NCBI RefSeq assembly: GCF_020745735.1
Contig: NC_083404.1
Location: 97,897,731 to 97,961,730, forward strand
Source of the DNA: Hemiscyllium ocellatum
Lineage: Eukaryota
Direction: 5' to 3'
Length of the DNA: 64,000 bases
The notes beneath the pieces were generated by a model that saw only the letters and a list, made by a program, of their open reading frames with translations, had not been told where the DNA came from and searched no databases. Shown piece by piece: positions 37,135 to 50,805 of the stretch. The position numbers and the translations under genes are program-made. Every line of letters begins with the position of its first letter. Position 1 is the stretch's first letter.

Positions 37135-39620
37135 TCTTGGAGAAAGACACATTTTGTTGAAACTTTTCATCTTGTTGTTATCAAGACAATTCACAGTAAG
37201 TCAACTTAATAGGAAAACCAACATTTATACTCTATGAGAATAGAGTGGGCAAGTAGACTTTGATTCACAGTGGCATTGCCATGGAGAACATGCAATTAAT
37301 AATGATTGACAGTTAACAGCCATGTTTTGTTTAAATGTTAACCAGCAGGTTGAATCTGATTTGTTGCAGGGAGGATAAGCAAACTGACCACAGCACCTTT
37401 TTAAAGGGAGCCATTAAAGTGGGGGGAGGAATTAATAATGTTGCAGTGTTAGGGGACAGTATATTTAAGGGGATAGATACTGTTCTCTGCAGTCATCAGT
37501 GAGACCCCTGAAGGCTGTGTTGCCTATCTGGTGCCAGGGTTAAGGACATCTGCTCAGGACTAGAGAAGAACTTGGAGAAGGACGGAAGGGATCCAGCAGT
37601 TGTTGTCCATGTTGGTACCAATGGCTAATTGGTAGGATTAAAAATAAGGTTTCGCTGAAAGATTTTGAACAGTAATAATCTCTGGAGAACTACCTGAGCC
37701 ACAGGCAAAATGGCACAGGATAAATAAAGTCAATGAATTAAATACATGACTCAAAAAATTGATATGGATGGAATGGGTTTCTTTCATGGGGTATTGGCAC
37801 CAGTGTTGGTGCAGAAAAGTAGAATGGGCTTCACTTGGCCAATGCTGGGGCTAGTGTTATGGTAAATTTAATAATTGGAGCTGTACAGAGGACTTTATAC
37901 TAATTCTGCGTGACCGAAAGTAGTTGGGGACAAAATATTGAATGTTTTCAAAAAGAAGTTAGATGTAGCCTTGAGCTAAAGGGATCAAGTAGGGGGAGAA
38001 AGTAGGAACAAGGTACTAAGATGAATGATTAACCATAGTCATGTTGAGTGGATAAGCAGAATTAAAGGGCCAAATGGCATACTCCTGATTCTGTTTAATT
38101 AGAAGGTGAAAGCCGGTTTGGGATAATGGAAATCTGGGCTTACAAAACAAAAGGATATGATAGCAATACAGTGCAACTATTTGGATAATGATACCCAAAT
38201 GGGACAGAGAAAAACAACAGTAAATAGCAGCAAAGAGGGGACAAATTGTAAGATAAGCTAAATTAATGACTCTTTTCTTGAAAGCCTTTAGCATTAAAAA
38301 AAAAAGAATTAATAGCACAAATAATGGTTAATGGATATGATTTTATAGCCATTATGGAGACATAGCTACAAGGAGATCAAAGCTGTAACTAAATATCCAG
38401 GACTATGTGATGTTTTAAAAGGACAAGCAGGAAGGGATGGTGATAGGGTAGCATTGCTGGCATGGAATGGAATTGGTACAATGCCAAGATTTGATCTTGG
38501 ATTGGAAGATGCAGAATGCTTATGGGTGAAGCTAAGAAATAAAAAGGGGAAGTAGAAATAGTCTATCGGCCCCTAACAGCAGCTATATTTAGGACAGCAC
38601 ATTTGAGACAGAGATGTGAAGGAATTTCTTCTTTTACAGGGTATTGACTCTGGAATTCTTTATCACAGAGTGCTGTTAAGTCTGGGTCATTTAGTATATT
38701 CAAGGCTGAGACAAATATTTTTTAAAGAGCAGGGGATTAAAGGATTATAGTGAAAACACAGGAAAATGGACTTGACAGTTATCAGATCAGCCATGATCTC
38801 ATTGAATGACAGACCAGGCTCATTGCGACTAATGGCCTACCCTGCATCTAGATCTTATGGTCGTATGGTCATGGCATTGTCCTAGGAAATGAACTGATGA
38901 ATTAGGTCTCACCTGTTTTTCTGATTTGAAACAGGCATAACGCGTGTACATATTCAATCTGTCTGTAAAGAAAATGGCCCGATGTATATTATATGTAGTT
39001 TGAAGTACATGCGAGCACAATACACTGTGTAACAAGCACAGAAAATAATAGTGAACCTCAGCAAGTCTGGCAACATCTGTGGAGAGAGAAACAGTTTATA
39101 TTTGGAATACAGTATGACTCTTCTTCAGAGATTCTGCAGCATACTGTGGACCTGATTGACAATCTTAAATTGGCTTACAGCATAGTTTCTTGCATACTCA
39201 CAATTATACAAAAAATGTCCAAAAGCAGATTCACATCCAATGTTTGACAATGTGCTGCAAGTTTCACAATTTCACAAGCTGGTTGGCTACAGTTGTATAT
39301 TTACTGTATCTGTTTCAACTAAACAAGACAGATGGCAACCATGAGCTGATTCATTTCTTAGGGCAATGACTTAGTGAATCAGAGTCAGCTTGTCTGTTTA
39401 AAATATAAACAAAGCCAAGTAGTTAACTGTCAGTCATTAGTAACAGGGTCGTTCTTCATAGTAATGCCCTTACTAATCATGGTCTACTTTCTAACCAATC
39501 ATCACTCTCTTTTTATATAGCATAATGTTGTTTCCCCCTTAAATTAGTATATTTGCAAATCACAGTTTTAAGTGTAAGATGAAATTAAATATTCTTTTTT
39601 CAACAATACTCAAATTCTAA
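37135..39620. mobile_element. Older PLE family with inverted termini, interrupted by CR1 and by another PLE-terminus fragment (39037-39140)
   Basis: 37135-37365, 38866-39036 and 39140-39320 are colinear with 54640-55120. 39320-39620 is the inverted copy of the terminus. Confidence 0.7.
37400..38862 (+). mobile_element. CR1 fragments: ORF1 SGNH esterase, endonuclease start and two 3' tails
   Basis: VLGDSIFKGID...LCCLSGARVKDI...VVVHVGTN; GYDFIAIMET; 3' UTRs at ~37910-38095 and ~38600-38862. Confidence 0.8.
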
Positions 39621-40829
39621 CAGTGAAGTTGCAAATACAAGCAAAGCTGTAGTTTACAGTCCTCTGCTGAAGCAATGAACTCTCTTTAGATCCCTATATC
39701 TCTTAAAAAAAATCACTGAGTGTCTTCAGTTCTGACTTTTTAAGAGAAAAATGCAGCCCAGTGCCCCTCACAGCACAGCTACCTAGCTTTCCTTAAAGTG
39801 TGCTGAATGAGAAAATCTTTTAAAAACAGTTTTCTGCACAAATAAGCCTTATCTATGTTATAGATAAAGTGATAAATGATCTTGAAAAGAGAACTCTGAA
39901 AATCTTGTTGATATTCAGCAAAAACTGGGCGGAATGTGGGGCGTGGGGTGGGGGGTGGGGGGAAGTGGTAGGGGCTGATGGGGACTTCATAGAATTAATG
40001 CATTCACTCTTTTTGTGGATGATCATAAAGATCCAGAAAAGATCTAGAAAATACAGTAGAAAGACCAGCTCAAGATAAGAATCAACTTGAGTACAAATAG
40101 ATTCCAATTCATGTCATACACACAAGTCAAGAGTCTATTGATCAGTTTGTCAGAACATGACACAGCATAAGGTATATGTATAACTTTTTAGAAACAGAAT
40201 TCTCAGAGAGACTCATTGAATTAGAAATAATTTCTCACCCAATCCATTGGGAAAGATCTTTAGGCAGAGAAAGTGCTGTATAACTGATGCATTACTTGAG
40301 GATGGATTCAAGTATGAATCTATACTGTCAGGTCAAAAACTATTATGTTTTTTTGTTACAGTCAGCACAATTGCTACAGTCAGTAAAGTGAACCAAACTA
40401 ACAAAATCTGTAACAGATGTGGTTTGTCACACATATCTAAAGGCTACTCAACATTTTTGGATATGTATGAAACATGTTACACTAAAGGACATTGGGCAGA
40501 TAGGCGCAGGAAATCTATTTTCAAAAACCAGAGTAAACACAGAACAAAGTGACTCACGGCCAAAAGATCATGATGCGGGCAGCAAGGACACTGTGAAGAA
40601 GGTGCAGAAATGAAAATACATGGGTGAAATTCAGACTGTCAATCAAGTGAAATGCAAATTTCAGAAGATGATCAATCTTACACAGCTGGTCAATAGTATA
40701 AGGTTTTTTCAGAAGCTTTTATGACCACTAAAATCTTTTGACCTGGAAAGGCAGGCCCACACGCCTCAAAATGTTGACACATGATCAATATCCATCTTGA
40801 AAGGCACATATGTTAGCAAGTAACACTCC

Positions 40830-41650
40830 ATGGTACAGGCCATCTCATAGCATTTAATAGATCACTAGTTGTGTCCATTGGCAGAACCACACTGAAGTGT
40901 CAATATTAGAGATTATCTTTGCTTCCCAAATCTTCCACCTGCTGGATACGCATAATCCGACAGTGGCTGAACTACCAGTATGAACAGATCTCTGTCATAA
41001 TTTGAAAGGTTCCAACTTTATGAGCATCCAATGTGGTGGAACAACCAGGAATGAAACAATCAAATCACCCAACCATCATAAACCCCTGTAGTTAGATCAA
41101 TTAGATTGAATCCCATATGATTAAGGTAAATGCACTATAATATCTTAGTAGCGATGCAATTTCATTTATTGATTCTTCAAGAAAGTGCTGCCCGCACATT
41201 CAGGAGAAGCTTGGAATGGAACTGAACAATTGGACTGAAATGGTATCATTTGGAAGTTGACCATCAATAGATTGGTAAAGCTCCATCGCATGCCTTTAAA
41301 GAAATGTAAGAACATGTCTAGATTTAAGCACTTAAATCTTTCACTTAAAACTGCTCACATAAGACACCGATGCTGGAAAGATTACATCTTAAATTTGTTG
41401 GTGCAAAATTTTTCCAAACTGGATGTGAATCAGATCTGGTCATTTACAGAGGAATTAAAGAGCTCATGACATTTAGATAGTACTGTTTCTGATGGGCTAT
41501 CAGACCAAGACTTACTCCAGTTGTACATGGATAGGAATATTGCAAATGTCCCTGGCTATGCTTATACCACTGATAATATTGCAATCATGGGGAAAACAAA
41601 GGCAGAGTATAGACACAACCTTCACCTACTAATGCGAGCAGTACAACTGC
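40830..41650 (+). mobile_element. Ty3/Gypsy pol relic (protease end to RT)
   Basis: RKV.PAHIQEKL; GLSDQDLLQLYMDRNIANVPGYAYTTDNIAIMGKTKAEYRHNLHLLM (degenerate YxDD region). Confidence 0.6.
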
Positions 41651-42019
41651 TCTGACAAAATTCTCTTAATTGGCTATCTACCACTTGTGGATAAGTAACC
41701 CTGCTGATATTCATTTTGCTTCTGTGAAAGTAAAGTTTCAGAGTTCAAACAGTAGATACACAAACTCTAAAGATAAACACTGCGGTAAGAGCATAGGCTC
41801 ACATATATACATTATAAGTTGGAACAAAATATATTGGGGAAGGGGTCACAATTTTCAACCACTAGCTATCTTTTGGCAATTAAAACTTATGGGTGAGAAT
41901 GAATGGTGTTGGTGCAAGATAGTATTGAAGCTGCCGCATTAATGTTCAAACTTGCGCAATTTAAGTTTGACACTGGCTTGTGCCAAACAGTCTACCCACC
42001 CAATACCATAACCATACTA

Positions 42020-42480
42020 TAAAATGTAGGAGCAGAAGTAGGCCAATTGGCCCATTGAGTCCACTCAGTCATTCAATGAGAACATGGCTGATCCAATAAT
42101 CCTCAACTTCTGCATTTCTCCTGCCTTTTCCCCTTCACCACAGAAGTAACATGCCAGCAGGTTGTAAATAAAGTGATTTCACCTGGCGAAGGAGCAGTGC
42201 TCTGAAAATTTGTGATTTCTAGTGAAACTATTGGACTATAACATGGGGTCATGTGACTTTTGACATTTTTCACCCCAGTCTAACACCGGCACCTCCACTT
42301 CATCACTTCCCCATAATCACTGATTCCCTTACTGATTAAAGATCTGTCTATCTCAGCCTTGAATATACTTAATGACTCATGCTTGACAGCCCTCCTTGGT
42401 AAAGATTGTCAACCATTCACTACCCTGTAAGAGAAGAAGTCCCTCCTCAGTTCTGTCCAAAACGGGTAACTTCTTCACTG
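42020..42480 (-). mobile_element. CR1 3' end, with a plus-strand PLE terminus inserted at ~42150-42305
   Basis: taggagcagaagtaggccaattggccc tail; insert cacctggcgaaggagcagtgctctgaaa...ccccagtctaacaccggcacctcc. Confidence 0.8.
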
Positions 42481-42770
42481 AGACTTGTGAGAGATTGAAC
42501 TGCTTGAATATGCCAGACTGGGACTGAGGCTATTAGCACATATTTAAACATTTGGCCAACAAATAACTTAGGAAACACTGATGGCCACTTAAAAATGGAT
42601 GAGAAAAAATTCAAGTTTTTGTCTAGGTGATCAGAGACTTTGCAGATATACTTCACCTGAACTTCTAGAATAATCTCTGGTTGGCACTGGTTCTATGAGA
42701 CCCTATTGCCCCTTCTCCCAGTAGTCATCATCTGCTGACCAGTCAGTAAGCTTGCCTCTTCCAAGAAATA

Positions 42771-43438
42771 AGAGGAAGTGAGGGCTGCAGATGCTGGAGA
42801 TCAAAGTCGAAAAGTGTGGTGCTGGAAAGGTCCAGCCAGTCAGACAATCTCTGAAGGCATTAGCCCTTCTTCAGGAATGTGGGCACGAAGGAGACTGAGG
42901 GATAAATAGGAGGGTGGGAGTGGGGGTGAAGTAGCTGGGAAGGTGAAACAACCTCATTGTCCAGTGGCTGACCACTGACCACACCCTCTCACTCTGAAAG
43001 ACATGCAAGTCCTGGGCCTCCTCCAACGCCAAATCCATGTCACCCAAGGCCTGGAGGAAGAACACTTTATCTTCCACCTTGAGACCCTCCAACCACACAG
43101 CATCAACGTATACTTCACCAGTTTCCTCATGTCCTTTTCCCCCACCTCACCCCAGATGCAACCCTCCAACTCAGCACCGCCCTCTTGAACTGTCCTACCT
43201 GTCCATCTTCCTTCCCATCTATCCACTCTATCCTCCCCTCTGACCTGTCACCATCACTACCTATCGCCCTCCAAGCTACCTTCCCTCCAGCCCCATCCTT
43301 ACCCTCCTATTTATCTCATACCCTCCTTCACCCCCTCCCCCCCACATTCTGATGAAGGGCTTATGCTTGAAACATCGATTCTCCTGCTCCTTGGATGCTG
43401 CCTGACCTTCTGTGCTTTTCCAATGTCACACTTCTTGA
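42771..43438. mobile_element. Non-autonomous PLE with inverted termini and a GIY-YIG C-terminal fragment
   Basis: LEEEHFIFHLETLQPHSINVYF; hammerhead-like ctgatgaagggcttatgcttgaaacatcga; TSD CTCTTCC(A/C)AGAA at 42756-42767 and 43439-43450. Confidence 0.85.
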
Positions 43439-44912
43439 CTCTTCCCAGAAGTGACAAGGAACACTGCATTTCAAAACAGATCAAGCCTGAGTCTAGCCTC
43501 AATGGACAGAAGGGAATATGGTCACTCCGCTGATTTCAAGTCCATTGCATCTGTTTTTAGCAATAAGCAAATTAAGAGTAGCTCAAAAAACATAACGGAT
43601 ATGACAATGTTTCAACTTATAAGCTAGCATTCAAAATAATAATAAACCCAATTTCTAATCTGTTATTGTCAATGTAATCATTACTTTAAAAGTGATTACT
43701 TATTGTTTTTTGGGAAAAGAAATTTCTTCTTTATCAACATGTATTTTGAACCAAATTTTCTTAGCATACTTTGGATATGGAAATCTGTCTTTTTGATCAG
43801 ATGCTTTCTGTACTATCTTGAAATATCACACACATACACACTTCTATCATTATTATTCACCTAATGCAAGTGCTCTTGTGAGCTATTAAAAAGAGGAGTT
43901 CTGAGTGGAAAAAAAATGCTTTAGAAAACTTGTGGGCATCCTCAAAAATGAAAATATATTAAGCTGTCCTTTCCAGCTGTTGCTATCTTATCTTGTCATT
44001 CAGTTTACACAACACAGAATGGTGGAGACTGAAATGGCAGTCAGAGTGTTGTCCATTTTTCATTATGATTCTCAACAGCAACATATTAAAGGCAATCTAA
44101 ACTGTTATCCAGAACTGCATTAGTTTGCTGAACTGAGGTCTGAGCGAGGCTTTATTGCATGTATCTTACAAAATGTGAGGCATAGACACTTTATTAAACA
44201 CAAAGTATTTAACATTGAAATGTTTGATATTCCTGCAACGTACAATGCCTAAATGTTAAAGGGGATGTTAGACTCTACTGGAGTCGTTACTGGATTAGTA
44301 ATCGAGAGATCCAGGTACTCTTGTAGGGACCTGGGGTTAAATATGGTGGAATTTGAATCCAGCAATGTCTTGCAGTGAAGGAAACTGCTGTCTTTTCCCA
44401 GTTCAGCCTACATGTGACTCAGACCCCGAGCAATGTGGTTGACCTTTAACTGCCCTCTGAAATAGCCACAGAAAGATTAAAAGGAATGAAGCTTGATGGA
44501 CCTGCTGGTATTGACTAAGGCACTGGAAACATTAAGAATGAGCAGTCAAATCTGCAGAATCCTCCTTACTGACAACTGGAGGCTAGTGCGAAAATTGGAG
44601 AGCTGTCTCACAGACTGGTCAAGCAACAGCCTGACATAGTCATACTCATGGAATCATACCTTACAGACTCTGTCCCAGACACCACCATCACCATCTCTGG
44701 ATATGTCCTGTCCCATTGGCCAAACAGACCTATCAGAGATGGCAACAGAGATGTATACAGTCGAGAAACGGTTGTATTGGATGTTTTTTGGACTCCATGA
44801 AGTCTCACAGCATCAAATCAAACATGGGCAAGGAAGCCTCCTGCTGATCACCATGTACTGAGTCCTCCTCAGCTGATATATCAGTTCTACTCCATATTGG
44901 ACAAAACATGGA

Positions 44913-46164
44913 AAACCCACTTGGAAGGGCATGGGTTAATTCGTGACAGTCAGCATGGCTTTGTCAGGGGAGGTCATCATGCCATATAAATTTGTTAGAG
45001 GTTTTTGAACACGTGATCAAGTGTGTGGATAATGTAGTTTGAATGGATTTGCATTTAGTTGATGTAGCTTATATGGATTTTAGCAAAGCTTTTGACGAAG
45101 TCCCACATGGGAGACTAATTGAGAACATTAAAGCACATGGTACTGAGGGAAATTTGATATATTGGCTGAGTAATAGGACAGAAAGGATAATAGTCAAAGG
45201 CTGTTTGAGTAACTGGAGACTGGTTTCCAGTAGAGTACCACAAACATCTGTACTGGGACCCTGATTGTTTGTTATATACATAAATGATATGGTTGAAAAT
45301 GTGGGGGGAATTGTTAACCAAATTTGCAGAAGACACCAAGAAGATTACAGGAATAGATGGGGTTGTCAGATGGGCAGACCAGTGGCAGATGATATTTAAG
45401 TGGGAGGTGATGCACTTTGGAAGAAGAAAAGAGATGAGGGAGTATTTAATGAATGGCAGGACACTGGATAGCTTAGAGGAATAGAGGGATTTTTGGGGTA
45501 ATTATTCATAATTCCCTGAAGTCTGCAGAGCAGATGAATAGGATATTTCAGAAGGCTTATGGGGAATTTGCATTTGTCAGTTGTGGTACAGACAATAAAA
45601 ATAAGGAGATAATGTTGGAGTTATACAGACCACAGCTGGAGTATGTGTACAGTTCTGGTGTCTCACTCCTGGGAGTATGTGATAGGACTGAAGGGTGTGC
45701 AGAGGAGGTTCACCAGGATGTTGCCTGGGATGGAGCGATAAGCAGAAACTAGATAGGCTTGGATTGTTTTCTTTGGAATGAGAGGAATGACATGATACAT
45801 GATTGAAGTGTAAAAGGTTATGAGGAGTATGGATAATGTGAATATAGCAGTTATTCCCCTTGGTTGAGGGGTCAATCACGAGGCTGCATAGTTTTAGGGT
45901 AAGAGGCAGGACACTCAGAGAGGATTTGAGGAAGAAAAAACTTTTCACTCAGTACATGGTGAGAATCTGAAATGCACTGCCTGGGAAGGTAGTGAAGGCT
46001 AGAAACCTTACAATCTTTGCAAAATATTTGGATGAGCATTTCAAATATCAAAACATTCAAGGAAATGGGACAAATGCAGGAAATTGGGATTTGTGTAAAT
46101 AAGTGCAGACTTAATGGGCCGAAGGGTTTTTTCAGCGCTATTTGACTCTGTGAAATATGAATCT
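44913..46164 (+). mobile_element. CR1 nested in LINE-A
   Basis: YMDFSKAFDEVPH, KFAEDTK; ATGGA duplicated at 44908-44912 and 46165-46169. Confidence 0.9.
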
Positions 46165-47731
46165 ATGGAGGAAGCACTGAGGGTAGCAAAGGTGCAAAAT
46201 GTTCTCTGGGAGGGAGATTTCATTGTCCAGCAGCAAGAGTGACTCAGCAGCAGAACTATTGACTGAGTCCAAAAGGAAATTGCTGCTAGTTTGAGTCTCT
46301 GGCAAGTGGTGATGGAGCAAACAAAAGGGAGAAACATACTTGAGCCCCTCCTGATCAATCTGCTTACTGCTCATGGCACAGTCCTTGTGGAGACAAACAT
46401 TTTCACACTGAGCATGCTCTCCATGATATGAACTATCACTGAGCTAACTGAGAAAGGACTCAAACAGGGCAAGCAATTCGAAGCTGGAAGTGCTTTGAAA
46501 TGGTATTAGCAGCAAAGTTATACAGTTATACAATCTGTAACCTCATAGCCCAGCATATTCCCAACTCAGTCATTCCCATCAAACTGGAAGATCAGCCCTG
46601 GTCCAATGAAGAGTGCAGGGGGGTGGGCCAAAAGCAGTGCTGGGCATATCTAAAAAGGAGATGTCAACTTGGTGAAGCTACCAGGACTACCTGTGTGCCA
46701 AATAGCATAAGCAGCAAGAGATAAAAAGAGCTAAGCGACTCTAGAAACAACAGATCAGATATAAGCTCTGCAGTCCTGCCACATCCAGTTTTGAGTAGGC
46801 GCCGCAAATACTCCCATCCTCAATAATTTGGAAGCCCAACGCATCAAAAGATAAGGTTGAAAATTTCACAATAATCTTCAGTCAGAAGTGCCAAATAAAT
46901 GATTCATCCCAGCCTCCTCTAGAGGTCTCCAGTATCACAGATATCAGTCTGAAGATTTACTCCGTTTGATACTAATATGGAGGCACTGGATGCTGCAAAG
47001 ACTATGGACCGTAATAACATTCTCACAATAGTACTGAAGACTTGTGCTCCAGAGCTTGCTACTTCCCTAGCCAAGCTGTTCCAGTACAGTTGCGACACTG
47101 GTATCTACCCGACAATGTAGAAAATTGCCCAGACATGTCCTCTACACAAGAAAACCGGACAATTACCTTCCTATCAGTCTACTCTAGTTCATCAGTAAAG
47201 TGATGGAAAATGTCATCAACAGTGCTATCAAGAGCATTTGTTAGCAATAACCTGCTCACTATTGCTCAGTTTGTGGTTATTGGAGGTCAGTCATCTCAGC
47301 TCCAGCATATTTCTGTAGGACTTCCTCAGTGTAGTGTCCAAGGTCTAACCAGCATCAGCTGCTTCATCAATGAGTCTTCCTGCATCATATGGTCAGAAGT
47401 GCAAATATTCACTAATGATTGTACAATGTTCAGCACCATTCATGACTCTTTGGAGACTGGAGACATCCATGCTCAAATGCAACAACATCTGGACAATAGC
47501 CAGGCTTGGGCTGAAAAGTGGCAAGTAACATTTGCATTACTCAAGTGCCAGGCAATGACCATCTCCAATAAAAGAGAACCTAACCACCACCCATTGACAT
47601 CCAATGGCATAACTATCACTGAAATCCCCACTATCAACATCTTGGGGATTAGTATTGACCAGAAACTGAACTGGACTCAACATATGAATAAGTGGCTACA
47701 GGGGCAGGTCAGACACGACAAATCCTGCAGC

Positions 47732-48500
47732 AAATCTTAGCAGGACTTATACACTTCATGGTAAGGTCTTTGGAAGTTTACTGAACAAAGAGACCTTGGA
47801 GTGCAGGTTCATAGCTCCTTGAAAGTGAAGTCGCAGGTAGATAGTATAGCGAAGAAGGCGTTTGGTATACTTTCCTTTATTGGTCAGAGTATTGATTACA
47901 GGAATTGGGAGGTCATGTTGTAGCTGTACAGGACACTGGTTAGGCTACTGTTAGAGTATTGCGTGCAATTCTGGTCTCCTTCCTATCGGAAAGATATTGT
48001 GAAACTTGAAAGGGTTCAGAAAATCCTTACAAGGATGTTGCCAGGGTTGGAGGATTTGAGCTACAGGGAGAGGCTGAACAGGCTGGGGCTGTTTTCCCTG
48101 GAGTGTTGGAAGCTGAGGGGTGACCTTATAGAGGTTTATAAAATCATTAGGGGCATGGATGGGGTGAATAGACAAAGTCTTCTCCCTGGGGTGGAGGAGT
48201 CCAGAACTAGAGGGCATAGGTTTACGGTGAGAGGGGAAAGATATAAAAGAGACTTAAGGGGCAACTTTTTCATGCAGAGGATGGTACATGTATGGAATGA
48301 ACTGCCAGAGGAAGTGATGGAGGCTGGTATGATTGCAACATTTAAAAGACATCTGGATGGATATATGAATAGGAAGGGTTGGAGGGATATGGGCCAGGTG
48401 CTAGCAGGTGGGACTAGATTGGGTTGGGATATCTGGTCGGCACGGACTAGTTGGACTGAAGGGTCTGTTTCCATGCTGTACATTTCTTTGACTCTATGAC
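47732..48500 (+). mobile_element. Young HER1/CR1 3' fragment nested in LINE-A
   Basis: ORF 47963-48499 (QFWSPSYRKD...LRGDLIEVYKI); tail tttgactctatgac. Confidence 0.95.
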
Positions 48501-48720
48501 TTGAGGTAACTCACCTTCTCATTTGCATCTTACACTCATGATCTTGACTTGGAATTATATCACTATTCTTTTAATGTCACTGAGCCAAAATCCTGAAAAT
48601 CCCTCCCTCATGGCTCTGAGTATGTTCCTCCAACCAATAGGCTGTAGCAATTTGAAAAGGTGGCTCACCACTACCCTCTATGGGATACCACAGGTGGACA
48701 GGAAACATTCCCCAGGCAGT

Positions 48721-49012
48721 ATAGATTCATAGATTTGTAGAAAATAGGTGCTAGAGTAGGCCATTTGGCCCTTTGAGCCTGCACCACCATTCAAAACGAT
48801 CATGGCTAATCATGCAATTTCAGCATCCCACTTCCACTTTCTCTCCATACCCCTTGATCCTATCAGCTGCAGGGACCACGTCGAGCTCCCTCTTGAATGT
48901 AACTAAAGAACTGGCTCCAACAGCTTCCTGTGACAGACAATTCCACAGGTTCACAACTCTCTGAGTGAAGAAATTCATCCTCATCTCAGTCCTGAATGGC
49001 TTTCTCCTTATT
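48721..49012 (-). mobile_element. CR1 3' fragment nested in the LINE-A tail
   Basis: taggtgctagagtaggccatttggccctttgagcctgc...gtgaagaaattcatcctcatctcagtcct. Confidence 0.88.
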
Positions 49013-49250
49013 TACACATACCCCATGATGAAATGAAAATAAGAGATATGTCAATAGATGATATTCGAGTAAAGCTTACTCAATTTTCAGTCTGATTAGA
49101 GTAAGATTTTCTTTCATGCCTTCATGGAGGTGAGCTCACTTGGCAATGAGAGCACTTATTGTCCACCTCCATTGCTTTTGGAGTTCAACGCCACCCTGCT
49201 GGAGCGAACTTTAGAGAAATGTCATGGGTAGTCAACTACTTTGTAATCTT

Positions 49251-49495
49251 GGAGAAAGTGAGGACTACAGATGCTGGTGATCAGAGTTGAAAATTATGGT
49301 GATAGAAAAGCACAGCCGATCAGGCAGGATCTGAGGAGAAGATGGGTTGATGTTTTGAGCATGAGATTTTCATCAGGAATAAGGGGTGACCCAAGGGGGC
49401 TGAGAGATAAATGGACAGGGGTGGGGCTGGGGGGAAAGGTAACTGGGAATGCGATAGGATGTGATGGTGATAGTTCAGAGAGGAGGGTGGAAGCC
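49251..49495 (-). mobile_element. PLE terminal fragment
   Basis: Matches 8195-8310 and 42771-42945. Confidence 0.8.
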
Positions 49496-49768
49496 TATTA
49501 GCCATAGTTGAATTTGCCCTTCTACATTATTGGGCTGACAACCCATCACCTTTCTGATATACTTCCCATGGCCACTGTGGCAGGAATGCATAATGAAAAA
49601 TAAACCTGACCATGGATGAATCTGTGGCTCACTTTGTCTGAGTCTCCTCTGGATTTGTTAGTGGGTGGAGCTTCTGCTTATGGTAAGACATGACCACAAT
49701 GGGGGTTTCAAAGGAGCCTTTGAAAGTAAATCAGTGAAAGACAAAATTGAGCGGTGCATCTAAAAGGC

Positions 49769-49911
49769 AGAGGTGGGTACGGCAGATACTGGAGATTAGA
49801 GTCAAGATGAGAGTGGTGCTGGAGGAACACAGCAGGTCAGGCAGCATCCGAGGAGCAGGAAAGTCAACGTTTCGGGCAAAAGCCCTTCATCAGAAATGAG
49901 GATGGGTTTTT
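49769..49911 (-). mobile_element. Solo PLE terminus with intact hammerhead core
   Basis: Reverse complement CUGAUGA-A-GGGC-UUUU-GCCC-GAAACGUU; exact 17-bp TSD CGGTGCATCTAAAAGGC at 49752-49768 and 49912-49928. Confidence 0.9.
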
Positions 49912-50399
49912 CGGTGCATCTAAAAGGCTGCTGATTGACTGTGCCCAGCCGTAGGTGAATGTCACCCCTGCTGTGTCCTACCTTCATGCTTATTTGCCCT
50001 TTGTTTGTTTTTTCCCTTTATCAGTTTCAGAGACATTGCTCGAAACTAAACAGACAATATTTAAATCCTTGAAAATCCTTGCCTTTAAGGGTCTGAATTC
50101 CTTTAAATTTTAGTTGTAATCTTTCAGAAATTGCTTGTGCAGGTATTTGCTGTTCAGGTCTTTAAATGAGCTCCCAGTGCAGACCCAATATGGTGCAGGC
50201 GGTAAGTATAAACAAAATCTGTGGTGATCCTGGGAAACCCTATGGGGTTAGCCCAGAGCAGAATTGGCAAAAACTAATCTGGCGCTTCTGAAGTCTCCCT
50301 GTTTTAATACTGTTATTGGATAATCTGGTCTAGAATTAACCGCACTTCATTGCAGCTATAACTATAATCGAGGCAAAACTAGTATAATGCTACAAATAG

Positions 50400-50600
50400 T
50401 ACTGAGAGGAATGATTGATTTTTGACAGCTTTGCTTGAGGGAGGTATGCATATGAAACTCACTCTCATCTTCGAATAATATCATAGAATATTTAATTTCC
50501 ATTGGAATCATAGAGATGGGTTCAATTCAACAATTATCTGAAGAACGGCAGCTTGCTTCAATGTAGCAGTTCTTCATCATTACACACACAGTGTCAGGAT
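50400..50600 (-). mobile_element. DeuSINE remnant
   Basis: Weak reverse-complement similarity to 16360-16530. Confidence 0.5.
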
Positions 50601-50805
50601 TTTTTCTCCCTAGATGAGAGGGCAGGTGGTGAAGAGACCAAATAATAGAACAGGTTGGCACTGGAGAGATAGCTGTCCCCTTTGCACCACCCTATCGACC
50701 ATTATTCTGGGTGAGAAGGTCCATGGGTGATGTTCCTGAACCCCTCTTTCCCCAGTCCACCAACTGGAAGACACAAGAGTGGCCACTAATGACCACCTAA
50801 GAGCC

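Larger units (their letters stand above)
44262..49043 (+). mobile_element. LINE-A copy 2: SINE-like head, endonuclease, RT and 3' tail, in four pieces (44262-44912, 46165-47731, 48501-48720, ~49013-49043)
   Basis: LGELSHRLVKQQPDIVILMESYL...ISGY (endonuclease), NYLPISLL, GLPQCSVQG...CFINE...IFTNDCTMF (RT). The pieces join across the CR1 inserts. Confidence 0.85.

Noticed and set aside
40540-40705. Further Myb/SANT-like relics (also ~35720-35910)
   Set aside because: Too degenerate to call.
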